Below the pieces are notes generated by a model, which had not been told where the DNA came from, ran no database searches, and was given only the letters and a program-made list of their open reading frames with translations. A stretch of 64,000 bases of DNA from Candidatus Hadarchaeota archaeon. Its GTDB lineage: Archaea > CAYQAE01 > CAYVLA01. Below, in pieces: positions 29,019 through 38,889 of the stretch. Position 1 is the stretch's first letter, and each line of letters starts with the position of its first letter. The position numbers and the translations under genes are program-made. The stretch lies in NCBI GenBank assembly GCA_964621445.1, contig CAZUNO010000001.1:40496-104495 (forward strand), given 5' to 3'.

Positions 29019-29780
29019 ATGATGGGTAGTACAAAGATAAGGGTCCAAGGACTAAACGTATGGTATGTGGATAACCACGCTATCATCGATGTCGACATGG
29101 AGATACCGGCCAACAAGGTAACGGCGCTAATTGGGCCATCAGGATGCGGGAAGTCGACCTTCATAAGATGCCTGAACAGGATGAACGACGTTATTGAAGA
29201 GGCTAGGGTAGAGGGTAAGGTGTTTATGGATGGCCAGGACATCTACCAGAAAGACACTGACGTGGTTGGACTGCGGAAACGCGTGGGCATGGTTTTCCAA
29301 AAACCCAATCCATTTCCAAAATCCATATATGAAAACGTGGCCTACGGGCCACAGGTCCACGGGGAACGTGACCGCTCGAAGCTGGACGAGATCGTGGAAT
29401 CAAGCCTAAAGGCTGCTGCACTATGGGAAGAGGTTAGAGACAGGCTTGAGGATAGTGCCATGGGACTTTCCGGTGGTCAGCAGCAGAGGCTTTGCATCGC
29501 CAGGTGTCTTGCCGTTAATCCGGAAGTTGTACTCATGGATGAGCCCTGCAGTGCACTTGACCCCATTGCCACGGGGCGAATAGAGGATTTGATAGATAAA
29601 CTGAAGCATGATTACACCGTGGTTATAGTAACCCACAATATGCAACAGGCGGCGCGTGTTTCCGATTTAACGGGTTACTTTTATCTTGGCAAGATGATGG
29701 AATTCGGGGAGACTAAGCAGATATTCGAGAACCCGCGCGAGAAAAGCACGGAGAATTACATTACTGGGAGGTTCGGTTAA
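29019..29780 (+). CDS. pstB: Phosphate ABC transporter ATPase
   Basis: Motifs [29 protein letters not shown] and YITGRFG. Confidence 0.97.
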   Translation: MMGSTKIRVQGLNVWYVDNHAIIDVDMEIPANKVTALIGPSGCGKSTFIRCLNRMNDVIEEARVEGKVFMDGQDIYQKDTDVVGLRKRVGMVFQKPNPFPKSIYENVAYGPQVHGERDRSKLDEIVESSLKAAALWEEVRDRLEDSAMGLSGGQQQRLCIARCLAVNPEVVLMDEPCSALDPIATGRIEDLIDKLKHDYTVVIVTHNMQQAARVSDLTGYFYLGKMMEFGETKQIFENPREKSTENYITGRFG

Positions 29781-30490
29781 TGCGAGAAAAATTCCGGAAA
29801 CAGCTGAGAGAGATAGAGGAGGATTGGCACGAGGTAGCATTGGAGGTTCTGGATAACTGCGTGACAGCCAGTAAAAGCCTTGAGGATCCCATTGAAGAGG
29901 AAATTACCAGGATGATGGAAAGGGACCTGGAAATACTGGAGAAGACCCGGAGCGTTCAGAGACGGTGTCTTGATCTGCTCGCACTTCAACAGCCGATGGC
30001 GGTAGACCTGAGGCAAATAGGAGGGTTTCTAAGAAGTGCTGATGATATCGAACGCATAAACAGGTCATGCATCCACATCGCAGAGGTAGCTAGGGCAAGT
30101 TTATACGATAAATCCATACCCGAATTTTGCAAAATACTGGAACTCTCGAAAAAGGTCACCGCCCAGCTTAGAAACGCCATAGAAGCCTTCAACTCAAGGG
30201 ATGTTGATGAAGCCGAAAAGGTCATGGAGAGGGACGCAGAGATCGATGAAATACATTCTGATGTGTTTGGTTCCCTGCTGGAGAGGGTCAAGAGGGACGA
30301 GGCAAGAGCGTCCCTGTTGATGTTCGTTTCTCGTTGGTTGGAGAGGATAGGAGACCGGTCTGCGGGCCTGGCCTCAAAAGCCATATACATCGTTGAGGGG
30401 AAGGATGTTGAGCTTGAGACTGAGATTGGGGAGTTCAATGTCTTCCCGGCGAGCAAAGAGGTAACGGGTGAAGGAAAGAAGAAGGATTGA
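29780..30490 (+). CDS. phoU: Phosphate transport system regulator PhoU
   Basis: LALQQPMAVDLR and LERIGD; directly after pstB. Confidence 0.9.
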   Translation: MREKFRKQLREIEEDWHEVALEVLDNCVTASKSLEDPIEEEITRMMERDLEILEKTRSVQRRCLDLLALQQPMAVDLRQIGGFLRSADDIERINRSCIHIAEVARASLYDKSIPEFCKILELSKKVTAQLRNAIEAFNSRDVDEAEKVMERDAEIDEIHSDVFGSLLERVKRDEARASLLMFVSRWLERIGDRSAGLASKAIYIVEGKDVELETEIGEFNVFPASKEVTGEGKKKD

Positions 30491-30508
30491 ATCTCCAATA
30501 ACTAGGTT

Positions 30509-30919
30509 CTAGGATCCAAATCTTCTGTCTATCCAATCTATTATCTCATCTCGAACCTGCCTGAACACATCCATGCCGACATCTTCTTCCTTTTCCCGTA
30601 CCGGGTCCCTGAATCCGCGGTGTTCCATTTCCCTGGCACCTCCGAAGAAGGGGCAGGCCTCCCTGGCCTGGTCACAGACCGTAATGGCCAGATCGATTTC
30701 ACGATCCAGGTATTTGTTAATTCCCTTGCTTTCCTGATTGGAAATATCAATACCTATTTCCGACATCGCCTCGATGGCATAGGGATGAATTCTTGTCGGC
30801 TCCATTCCCGCGCTGTATGCGCGGTATACTTGGCCATATCTGGAGTTCACATATCCCTGGGCCATCTGGGACCGAGCCGAGTTGTTTTGACAGATGAATA
30901 GTACCTTCTTCTTTGCCAA
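30509..30919 (-). CDS. arsC: Thioredoxin-coupled arsenate reductase (LMWP family)
   Basis: CQNNSARSQMA P-loop; VCDQAREACP resolving cysteines; F.DP and RQVRDEI. Confidence 0.92.
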   Translation of the reverse strand: MAKKKVLFICQNNSARSQMAQGYVNSRYGQVYRAYSAGMEPTRIHPYAIEAMSEIGIDISNQESKGINKYLDREIDLAITVCDQAREACPFFGGAREMEHRGFRDPVREKEEDVGMDVFRQVRDEIIDWIDRRFGS

Positions 30920-30943
30920 TTTTTGCCCACTTCCAATAGGCCT

Positions 30944-31840
30944 TCAATCTTTGTGTTCCCTGACATATTCAACGGCCGAAAGACCGGCAACACAGCCCTC
31001 GCCGATGGCCTTACAGACCTGGAATGGCGGGCCGGTTATATCTCCACATGCGAATACCCCTTCAAGTTCAGTCTTCTGTTCACGGTCCACTTCTAGAAAG
31101 CCTTCCTCATTGGGCATAAGCCCGAGAGGCATGGCCAGTTCCATAATTCCCCTGGACCCTATCTCAATGAATACGCCATCGATCTCTATCGAGCTTGAAT
31201 CCTCGAATTGTAGGGTTTCAACGGTGTTTTCCCCAGCTACCTTTGATGGGTTCCTGTTTAATATCTTGATTCCCTTCTCCTGCAGATCGCTTCTGTCCCC
31301 GTCCGACATTTCATGCTTGGGATCTATCAGGTATACTTGAGACGCGAAGCCCACGAGGCTCTGGGCTGCAACAAAAGCAGCGCTTTCGCCCCCTACAATG
31401 GCCACTCGCTTGTCTCTGTATAGTGGGCCATCACAATCCGCACAGTAACTTATGCCCTTTCCTACGAAATCTCTCTCGCCATCGATATCCGACTTGTTTC
31501 TGGTTATGCCCGTGGAGAGGATGAGGCCGTCGGCCTTTATGGCCTTTCCGGTTTCGAGTTCACATTCGAAAACTCCGTTCTGCGTTATTCTCACTGCATC
31601 TGATTCAACGAACTCGACACCGAATCTCTTTGCCTGTTTCTTACCCTTTTTAAGCATCTCCTTGCCACTGACCTCCCCTAAGATGCAGAAGAGGTTCTCG
31701 ATCCATGCCCACCCGAGCTTACTCTTAGCGCTTTTTCCCAGAACTATAACGCTGGTGTTCCTCCTTGCAGCATGAATGGCGGCCTGCAATCCGGCCGGAC
31801 CAGCTCCTATGATTAGAATATCACAGCGTTTAGGATTCAT
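30944..31840 (-). CDS. trxB: Thioredoxin reductase-like FAD disulfide oxidoreductase
   Basis: Motifs IIGAGPAG, GISYCADCDG and GVFACGD. Confidence 0.85.
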   Translation of the reverse strand: MNPKRCDILIIGAGPAGLQAAIHAARRNTSVIVLGKSAKSKLGWAWIENLFCILGEVSGKEMLKKGKKQAKRFGVEFVESDAVRITQNGVFECELETGKAIKADGLILSTGITRNKSDIDGERDFVGKGISYCADCDGPLYRDKRVAIVGGESAAFVAAQSLVGFASQVYLIDPKHEMSDGDRSDLQEKGIKILNRNPSKVAGENTVETLQFEDSSSIEIDGVFIEIGSRGIMELAMPLGLMPNEEGFLEVDREQKTELEGVFACGDITGPPFQVCKAIGEGCVAGLSAVEYVREHKD

Positions 31841-31915
31841 CAGCGTATACCATAATCCCAGGGGATAAAAATCATGACTGATTGTGGTATCTAAAACCCG
31901 TATTTGTCAAGCTGA

Positions 31916-33280
31916 TCAGCGTTTTCCACAATCCGGCTCCTTCAATACATATTCGGGTATATGACCCTTCGCATCATCAATCAGGAATTGGTAGAGCTTC
32001 TGGGTTTTTTCTGGATTATCCATGGCTCGATTATCCATTTGAGCCGGGTCGGACCTCAAATCATAGAGCCTTCTTTCGGAGCCGTCCATCTTGCATAGAA
32101 GAACCCATTCCCCATCCGTCACCCACGCATACCGGTTGTAGGCCGATGTTAAATGATCTCTCTGCTTGTGAGGGTTATCTTGGATCGCTGGTTGCAGGTC
32201 GACCCCGTCAAGGCCCTTGCTTTCCTTCAAACCGAGGTAGGATAGTATGGTTTTGGTTGCATCCAGGTTATAGACCATCTCCGATACCCGGCTACCGGGT
32301 TCGGTTATTCCCGGTATATGGATGATCAGTGGTATTTCCATGAGTTCTGGATACATTGCCCTGTCGACCTTACCCGTCGGCCCATGCTCGCCCATCTGCT
32401 GCCCGTGATCGGATAGGAGGAGGATCATGGTCTCGTCCCAAAGTCCATTATCATATATGGTCCGCATGAATTTCCCAAACCAATGGTCTACCAAGCTAAC
32501 CTCGGAGGCATATAGGGTCTTCATGTTATTCAATTCCTCAGGTGTAAGGTAGGTGTCCCAATCCTTGTATAATGGCATTATCAGTTTCTTTCCATGGTAA
32601 TGGGGATCGTACATATCCACGTAGCTACCCGGAGGGTCCCAGGGCTCGTGGGGATCGAAGCAGTCGACGAGCAGGAAGAGGTCCTCTTCGCTGTCCATGT
32701 TCTGCTCCATCCAACGTGAAGCGCTGGAAAAGACCCTGGCCGGAAAATAATCATTCTCAGCACTTCGATCCCCCACATTGGAAAGGTACCTTCTCAATAC
32801 ATTATCATTACCTTTTCCTGATGAGAATCTGTATGCATCGGCCTCGTTGGAGGGGTGGGAGTTGAATGCATCAAATTCCTGCCCCCTAATCCATCGCCAC
32901 TCGTCAAAGCCTCGGTGGAAATTCATGGAGGGTTTGAATTGATGATACGTATCGGTTATGAAACCCGTGCGAAAACCATTTTTTCGGAGAATTTCAGAAA
33001 GGGTTTCCTGCTTTTCCGGTATGGGTTGCCAACCGAGGATATGTATGTAGTCTCCCTTCACCGGGCTGTAATCCCGGAATGGGAAGGTTCTTATCCCGGT
33101 ATGAAGGGCCCTGCGAACGGAAATGGTTGGCAGGGATTCGGGATACGCGGACTCGAATGTGCAGCTCTTTTCGGAGAAACGATCGAAGTTTGAAGTTCTG
33201 ATCCAGCGGTTTCCGTAACAACCAAGATGGTCCTTACGTAGACTATCTATGATTATCAGAAAGATGTTCATTGCCTTCAC
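31916..33280 (-). CDS. Sulfatase / alkaline-phosphatase superfamily hydrolase with Thr at the nucleophile position
   Basis: Motifs IDSLRKDHLGCYG, PTISVRRALHTG, FDPHEPWDPP, SDHG and LYDL..DP. Confidence 0.88.
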   Translation of the reverse strand: MKAMNIFLIIIDSLRKDHLGCYGNRWIRTSNFDRFSEKSCTFESAYPESLPTISVRRALHTGIRTFPFRDYSPVKGDYIHILGWQPIPEKQETLSEILRKNGFRTGFITDTYHQFKPSMNFHRGFDEWRWIRGQEFDAFNSHPSNEADAYRFSSGKGNDNVLRRYLSNVGDRSAENDYFPARVFSSASRWMEQNMDSEEDLFLLVDCFDPHEPWDPPGSYVDMYDPHYHGKKLIMPLYKDWDTYLTPEELNNMKTLYASEVSLVDHWFGKFMRTIYDNGLWDETMILLLSDHGQQMGEHGPTGKVDRAMYPELMEIPLIIHIPGITEPGSRVSEMVYNLDATKTILSYLGLKESKGLDGVDLQPAIQDNPHKQRDHLTSAYNRYAWVTDGEWVLLCKMDGSERRLYDLRSDPAQMDNRAMDNPEKTQKLYQFLIDDAKGHIPEYVLKEPDCGKR

Positions 33281-33338
33281 CGTTACGGGTTTAGTAGGAT
33301 AATATAAGAGCTTTCATATCAATAAACCACTTTACACA

Positions 33339-34178
33339 ATGAAGCCAGTTTCAAGCCCGGATATAGTCGAGGGCCAGGAGATATCGCAGGCAACCCTGAA
33401 GCTGATGAATCTTCTGGGACAAGTGGATGGAGAGGGCCGACTAAGACCCGATGGCAGGGACAAGATCGCCCAGGTTCTAGCCTTTTTGCCATTAATGGAG
33501 AAGGTAATTTCCCGATCTAGCAGAAAAAAACCGATCAGAGTTCTGGAATGCGCCTGTGGCAAGGGCCACCTAGGATTGATACTCAACCAGATTCTATCGG
33601 AAAGGGTGGAGAGGAATATTCAATTTATTGGCGTCGATTCCTGGAAGAGGTTGGTTGATAAGTGCAGGGATATAGCCGAGAATATGGGATACCATAATGT
33701 TGAGTACCATCACTCTGATATAGCCGACTATATCGACGAAAGGGAGGTAATCGTTCTTCTATCGCTTCATGCATGTGACACGGCGACCGATGAGGCGTTA
33801 GTTAAGGGTATAGAATTGGGTTGCCGGTATATATTCCTGGTGCCCTGTTGTCAGAGTGAGATCCTAAAGGACCTCCGTCAAACGGATAATCCGACGCTGC
33901 TTCCCATGACAGGAAATTACACACACAGGAAGATACTGGGTTCCCTTCTTACTGACTCCCTTAGAAGGTTGGTGCTCGAGTCGTTTGGTTACAAGACCGA
34001 TGTTTTCGAGTACGTATCCGTGAGAAGAACGGAGAAGAACGTCATGATTAGGGGAACTTCTGGCGCACATCCTAGCGAGAATTCCTGGTCCTTGTATCGG
34101 AGAACCTTGAAGGATCTTGATTTGGATATAGAGCTGGACCGGATGCTTAGGGAGGAAGGTCTCCAGCCATCATTTTAG
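33339..34178 (+). CDS. SAM-dependent methyltransferase
   Basis: Motifs LECACGKGHL, SLHACDTATD and VPCCQ. Confidence 0.88.
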   Translation: MKPVSSPDIVEGQEISQATLKLMNLLGQVDGEGRLRPDGRDKIAQVLAFLPLMEKVISRSSRKKPIRVLECACGKGHLGLILNQILSERVERNIQFIGVDSWKRLVDKCRDIAENMGYHNVEYHHSDIADYIDEREVIVLLSLHACDTATDEALVKGIELGCRYIFLVPCCQSEILKDLRQTDNPTLLPMTGNYTHRKILGSLLTDSLRRLVLESFGYKTDVFEYVSVRRTEKNVMIRGTSGAHPSENSWSLYRRTLKDLDLDIELDRMLREEGLQPSF

Positions 34179-34607
34179 TCGGATTCGCTTAGCAGACGCT
34201 TCTCACATTCAAGTTTCAAATCCTGGTTATATCCTGGGTTACCTCGATGCAGCCCTTGTACTTGCCTCCTGGTCGAGGACTGGAAAATACCTTATGTAGA
34301 TTTATCTGCCCTTCATATCTATCCAGAACTCTGCCTTCTCCAAGGAACCGGCCTTGAATCCCTGGAGGATCTCTTCCACCCGCCCCAGGCTTTTCTTAGG
34401 ATGGCAATTCTGGACCTTTCTTCAAATAATTCCCTTCGGGAGAGGAAATATCCGATCCCCGTTCTTGTTGAAGTACTATACCCGGTCCTCCGTGTCGACG
34501 AATGACAACCCGATGGGTAATAATTCCATTATTTCCTCAAGATCTTTGGCTTCTAGATTTCCCGCCAAACAATTCCTCCCAGCAAGTAGATTGGCTTCAC
34601 TCTCCAT
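34175..34607 (-). pseudogene. Degraded PAS-domain gene (PAS_10 / DUF438 C-terminal type)
   Basis: Manual translation gives LPIGLSFVDTEDRV*YFNKNGDRIFP..II*RKVQNCHPKKS..AEFWIDMKGR*IYIRYFPV, then after frameshifts KYKGCIEVTQDIT and EKRLL. Stops at 34476-78, 34422-24 and 34302-04. Confidence 0.88.
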
Positions 34608-34660
34608 CCGGTAATCGGCAAAGCCCGAGATTACGACGATATTACCTAGATCGGTTCAAT

Positions 34661-35062
34661 TCATTCAGCTTCGATTTCCTTGGCGGACTGCCACAGACCG
34701 TGAATGTTGCAGTAGGACATCGCATGGAGGGTCCCTGATTCACTCGTCTTCATAGATGCAGTTGCCTGGTGATGGGTGTACACGGGCCCCTCGTTGGCCC
34801 CCTTCACCGATTCACCATGGGCCTTGAATTCAAAGGTACCTACATGATGGGTGAACTTTCCCTGTTCTGGATGGAAGTAAAGGGATATCCAGGAAATGTG
34901 GTGTTCGGTGGTGTTTGGGTGAGCTATTTCCTTTCCTATGGTCACCTTGACATCAAATATATCGTCCGCCTTTACCTTTTCAGGGCACTCTATCACCGGT
35001 ACATGCTTTTCGGTCTTCCAGTCCGCCTCTTGGACACGTTCGGTAAGATTCTTGGTAGCCAT
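34661..35062 (-). CDS. Class II SORL / superoxide reductase-like (desulfoferrodoxin family) protein
   Basis: Motifs EKHVPVI, HPNTTEHHI and SYCNIHGLW. Confidence 0.92.
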   Translation of the reverse strand: MATKNLTERVQEADWKTEKHVPVIECPEKVKADDIFDVKVTIGKEIAHPNTTEHHISWISLYFHPEQGKFTHHVGTFEFKAHGESVKGANEGPVYTHHQATASMKTSESGTLHAMSYCNIHGLWQSAKEIEAE

Positions 35063-35201
35063 CTTTACAACCTCTACCCCGGGATGAGGGTTATCCCCTT
35101 ATTAGGTTTGCTGTGTATCAATGGGACTGCCCGGATCGGTCATTCAAGGGATAGGCGGGGTTAGAAAACATAAAAGAAAGCCTTTTCAAAATTCAGGGAG
35201 T

Positions 35202-35816
35202 TTGAATACACAGGATTTCGTAAGAGATTTCATCCACCAGGGAAAAGGGAGGTATGTTGATCTCGGCAATCATGATTGCGCTTCCTCCGAGGGTGTAATT
35301 TACATTAGAAATAAGATCGAGAACAGGGTGGATGAGTTCGGAAAGAAAAAGCTGAGGATAGATTATCGTGAAAGGATGAATCCCCTCTACTATCTAGCCT
35401 CCGCCAGTTTGATGGTAATGGCTTTCTACTTCGCCGCCCTCTTTATGGGAGATAGTCTCCGTGGGGATATCTGGCTATTAGTTCTGGCGGTCTTATTCAT
35501 CAGCCCCTTCGTAATTAGGAGGTTTATCAGTGGATTCCAGGTTATAGGGATTTACTTCACTATCTGTATTCTTTTTTCAGTGACCGTCGGTTCCTGGCAG
35601 GAGAACGAGCTGGGGTCGGGAGTGCTAATTTTCTTCGTTGTGGGATTATCACCTTATGTTGCCTCAAGATTATTCGCTAGGATATGGAGGGAGGCCTACG
35701 TGGAACTCTCCGGCAATGGATCCTTATCATTCACCTGCCCACAGGAGAAACTGGGGGCCTTGCTTCGGCTGGTCGGGAATGACGCCAGCTATGATAGGTT
35801 CAGTAGCCGATCTTGA
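35202..35816 (+). CDS. Hypothetical membrane protein (about 4 TM helices)
   Basis: Long ORF with four hydrophobic segments. Start uncertain; TTG at 35202 follows GGGAG. Confidence 0.55.
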   Translation: MNTQDFVRDFIHQGKGRYVDLGNHDCASSEGVIYIRNKIENRVDEFGKKKLRIDYRERMNPLYYLASASLMVMAFYFAALFMGDSLRGDIWLLVLAVLFISPFVIRRFISGFQVIGIYFTICILFSVTVGSWQENELGSGVLIFFVVGLSPYVASRLFARIWREAYVELSGNGSLSFTCPQEKLGALLRLVGNDASYDRFSSRS

Positions 35817-37005
35817 TCTTTTTTTCCGCTTCAGCCGACTCGAGCATGGCGTCGCATACGACTGCACACCTGTATCCATCCTCGAAGGTTGCCGCCTGGG
35901 GTCCGACATCCTTATCATTTGCAATTGCATCCATTATGTGGTTGGCCTTGTTTACGAAGGTGTCGGCCCATCCGATTATATGTCCCTGGGGCCACCAGAC
36001 ATCAAAGTGGGGATGAGAGCTCTCGGTTACCAGGATATCGTGGAATCCCTCAACATCATCCTCGGTATCCTCAACTAGATTAACCTTCAATCGATTCAGA
36101 TCCTCCAGATTGAAGAAGATACTCCCTTTCTCTCCGTTGACTTCTATGGTCTGGTAATTCTTACGCCCGGAACATAGCCGGGATGCCTCGAGGGTACCGA
36201 CCGCCCCGTTCTCAAATTCAATAACCGATTCAATGGCATCATCAACGGTGACTTCACCCATCTTGTTTGGGTCATCGGGTAACGGCCTTTCCTTTATCGC
36301 GGTCTTCGTCGTCGCCATTACCGAATCAAACTCTCCGACCAGGAACCTACCGATATCTATCACATGGGCCCCCAGATCTCCCAGTGCACCGCTTCCAGCT
36401 TTTTCCCTGTCCATTCTCCAGGCGAGAGGGGTATTGTGGTGTGGTAGCAGCCATTCCTGCAGATATTTTGCCCTGAAATGGTATATTTCCCCTAAAGTAC
36501 CATCCTCAATGAGCTGTCTGGCTAAGGCGATTGCGGGTACAAAACGGTAGTTGAAGCTAACCATGTGCTTGACCCCAGCCTTTTCCGCGGCTTTGAGCAT
36601 TTCCGATGCCTCGTCCGCATTTCGGGCCAGAGGTTTCTCACACCAAAGGTGTTTTCCCTTCTCGGCAGCTTCAATACACGGTTCCTTGTGCATGTTATTT
36701 GGCCCGCCGTTGTCGAATAGATCAATGGAATCATCATCAAGCATCTTGTGCCAATCGGTGTAGTACTTCTCATAACCGAATCTCTTGGCCGCCTGAGATA
36801 CCTTCTCTTCGGTTCTTCCGCACATTGCCACCAGTTTAGGGACGGCCGGAGGGGGCCAGTACATATAGGACATGGTTCTGTATGCATTTGAATGAGCCTT
36901 TCCCATGAAGGCGTACCCCAGCATTCCTACACCTATTTCCGGTATATCCCCGGTTTCGGAACTCACATCACCCATAGTTAGAAAACCAACTTTCTTTTCA
37001 GACAT
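35800..37005 (-). CDS. Gfo/Idh/MocA family oxidoreductase
   Basis: Motifs GYAFMGKAH, CEKPLA, FNYRF and GALGDLGAH. Confidence 0.93.
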   Translation of the reverse strand: MSEKKVGFLTMGDVSSETGDIPEIGVGMLGYAFMGKAHSNAYRTMSYMYWPPPAVPKLVAMCGRTEEKVSQAAKRFGYEKYYTDWHKMLDDDSIDLFDNGGPNNMHKEPCIEAAEKGKHLWCEKPLARNADEASEMLKAAEKAGVKHMVSFNYRFVPAIALARQLIEDGTLGEIYHFRAKYLQEWLLPHHNTPLAWRMDREKAGSGALGDLGAHVIDIGRFLVGEFDSVMATTKTAIKERPLPDDPNKMGEVTVDDAIESVIEFENGAVGTLEASRLCSGRKNYQTIEVNGEKGSIFFNLEDLNRLKVNLVEDTEDDVEGFHDILVTESSHPHFDVWWPQGHIIGWADTFVNKANHIMDAIANDKDVGPQAATFEDGYRCAVVCDAMLESAEAEKKIKIGY

Positions 37006-37072
37006 TCATAACACCTATCCAGGCCTTCATATGGTAAGCGGCTGACCATTGATAAAAAATTTTCGGAATAAA

Positions 37073-38071
37073 TTATTCTTGAGACTTCCAATCTCTCATT
37101 GAATAGGATAGATCGTTTTTGTCTATAAACTCGATTATTTTCTCCTTATCGGGTACACCCTTGGTTGCACCTGCTTTGGAAACGCAGAAACCCCCTGTTG
37201 CATTGGCAAATCTCGTCGTTCGACCTATATCCCAGTTCTGTCCGAGGCCAAATAGAAAACCAGCAACAAAGGCATCCCCTGCCCCCGTTCCATCCACAGC
37301 ACGAAATTGTGGATCGGCGGGCATATCTATCCGTATCCTGGAGGTTCTAACGTGACAACCGCTTTTCCCCATCTTGATTACTACAATTCGTGGTCCCATT
37401 CTCATTATGGCGGCTGAGAGCTCCTCGGCCGTTGCCGATTGATCGTTGATGACCATTCTTGCCTCGCCTATGTTGGAGAAATAATAGTCAATTTGGTTCA
37501 TGCTGGTCTTTAGATCTGACCATTGTACCCGGTCGCTCCATGCCAGGTCTATGGAGGTTGAAGCACCTTTTTTGTGAGCGATTGAGAATATCTTTCGGAG
37601 GTCAGATGGTGTTATTGATGGGACCAGATTATAACCCCCCATGTGAAAGACCCTGCAATCATAGCTTTCGTCCGGGATATCATTGATGGAGAAATTGGCA
37701 TTTGCCCCTACATAATGATAGAAGGTGCGTTCCCCGGTCTTAACTTCCACCTCGATGTCGGTGGTGGCCGTCTCTTCACCGGCCGATAGGGAAACACCTT
37801 CGACATCAATTCCGGGGTAGCTCTCCAGGGTTTCCATGACGAATCTACCCCAGTAATCATCCCCTATCCTACCAACGATCTTTACATTTGATCCCATTTT
37901 GGCCAAGCATATTCCCGTATTGGCTGCACATCCACCTACATGAAGCTCAATGGGGTCCTGTAGCGTTACCAGCCTCCCGGGTTCGGCTCTTTCCTTAAAG
38001 CGACGGATTATATCGGCGACCAATATGCCAGCGCAGGTGATTTCCATGCTCTCCACTTTCAAGAAGTTCAA
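37073..38071 (-). CDS. PfkB family carbohydrate kinase
   Basis: Motifs GGCAANT, G.IGDD..G and DGTGAGDAF. Confidence 0.92.
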   Translation of the reverse strand: MNFLKVESMEITCAGILVADIIRRFKERAEPGRLVTLQDPIELHVGGCAANTGICLAKMGSNVKIVGRIGDDYWGRFVMETLESYPGIDVEGVSLSAGEETATTDIEVEVKTGERTFYHYVGANANFSINDIPDESYDCRVFHMGGYNLVPSITPSDLRKIFSIAHKKGASTSIDLAWSDRVQWSDLKTSMNQIDYYFSNIGEARMVINDQSATAEELSAAIMRMGPRIVVIKMGKSGCHVRTSRIRIDMPADPQFRAVDGTGAGDAFVAGFLFGLGQNWDIGRTTRFANATGGFCVSKAGATKGVPDKEKIIEFIDKNDLSYSMRDWKSQE

Positions 38072-38775
38072 ATATTGATTCCTGATATGTGTTCATCCTC
38101 GGCCACATGGGATTTGGTTATCTTTTGAATCATTAAGGGTAGTTCCTCCAGATTGTCGAGTATGGCTAAGGGGTCAAGATCCATTAAATCTTCGTTTGAA
38201 GATGAGCCGTAACTCACGGCCACGAACTTGGCCCCGGCCATCCTGGCACACTGACCGTCCATGGCGTGATCTCCAACCATCAGTATCTCCTGTACAGGAA
38301 TTTTCAGCGCCTGGGATAGCAGATGAAGTGCTTTGGGCTCCGGCTTTGAAGGTCGGTTCATGCAACGAAAACCCAGGGCATCAAAAAATTCCGTGCACTT
38401 GTTTCTATCCATAATCTCCTTAGCATATCTCCCGCATGATCTGGTAAGCAGGCCGATCCTTAGTCCCATTTCCTTGAGTTCAGTTAGGAGATCTCTAATT
38501 TCACAAAGAGGGTTCGCCTCCCCAATGGCCTCCATCTCGGTATTATCCATTATCCTGTGTATTTCGGCAATGTCATCCTCCCTGGAGAGATGGCTGTGAT
38601 CATTTTTCTCGAGCCAACATATGATGTCCCGAGTGGTGGAGAAGCCTCCGGATTTTTTTAGATGTGGATACCTGGATATTAAATAATCAAGGATACGGCT
38701 TCTCATCTTTTTGAAGTCGACCGCGGAGCTGACCAGGGTATTGTCCAGATCAAAGACAACGGCTGAAATGTCCAT
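38068..38775 (-). CDS. HAD-superfamily hydrolase
   Basis: Motifs FDLDNTL, LLTR, KPEP and MVGDH..D. Confidence 0.92.
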   Translation of the reverse strand: MDISAVVFDLDNTLVSSAVDFKKMRSRILDYLISRYPHLKKSGGFSTTRDIICWLEKNDHSHLSREDDIAEIHRIMDNTEMEAIGEANPLCEIRDLLTELKEMGLRIGLLTRSCGRYAKEIMDRNKCTEFFDALGFRCMNRPSKPEPKALHLLSQALKIPVQEILMVGDHAMDGQCARMAGAKFVAVSYGSSSNEDLMDLDPLAILDNLEELPLMIQKITKSHVAEDEHISGINI

Positions 38776-38889
38776 GTTTACAAGGTCTCGAAAAGCTTGC
38801 TATCTCAAATATTCTTTCGAATTCATGAAATATCCGAACAATCATGGTACCCTCTGGACAACGGCATAGGTTGGATAATTCAATGAGCT

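Noticed and set aside
34302-34478. In-frame TAG and TGA in the PAS-like sequence as pyrrolysine or selenocysteine recoding
   Set aside because: All three stop types occur, at positions expected to be ordinary residues, and frameshifts are also present. Decay is the simpler explanation.
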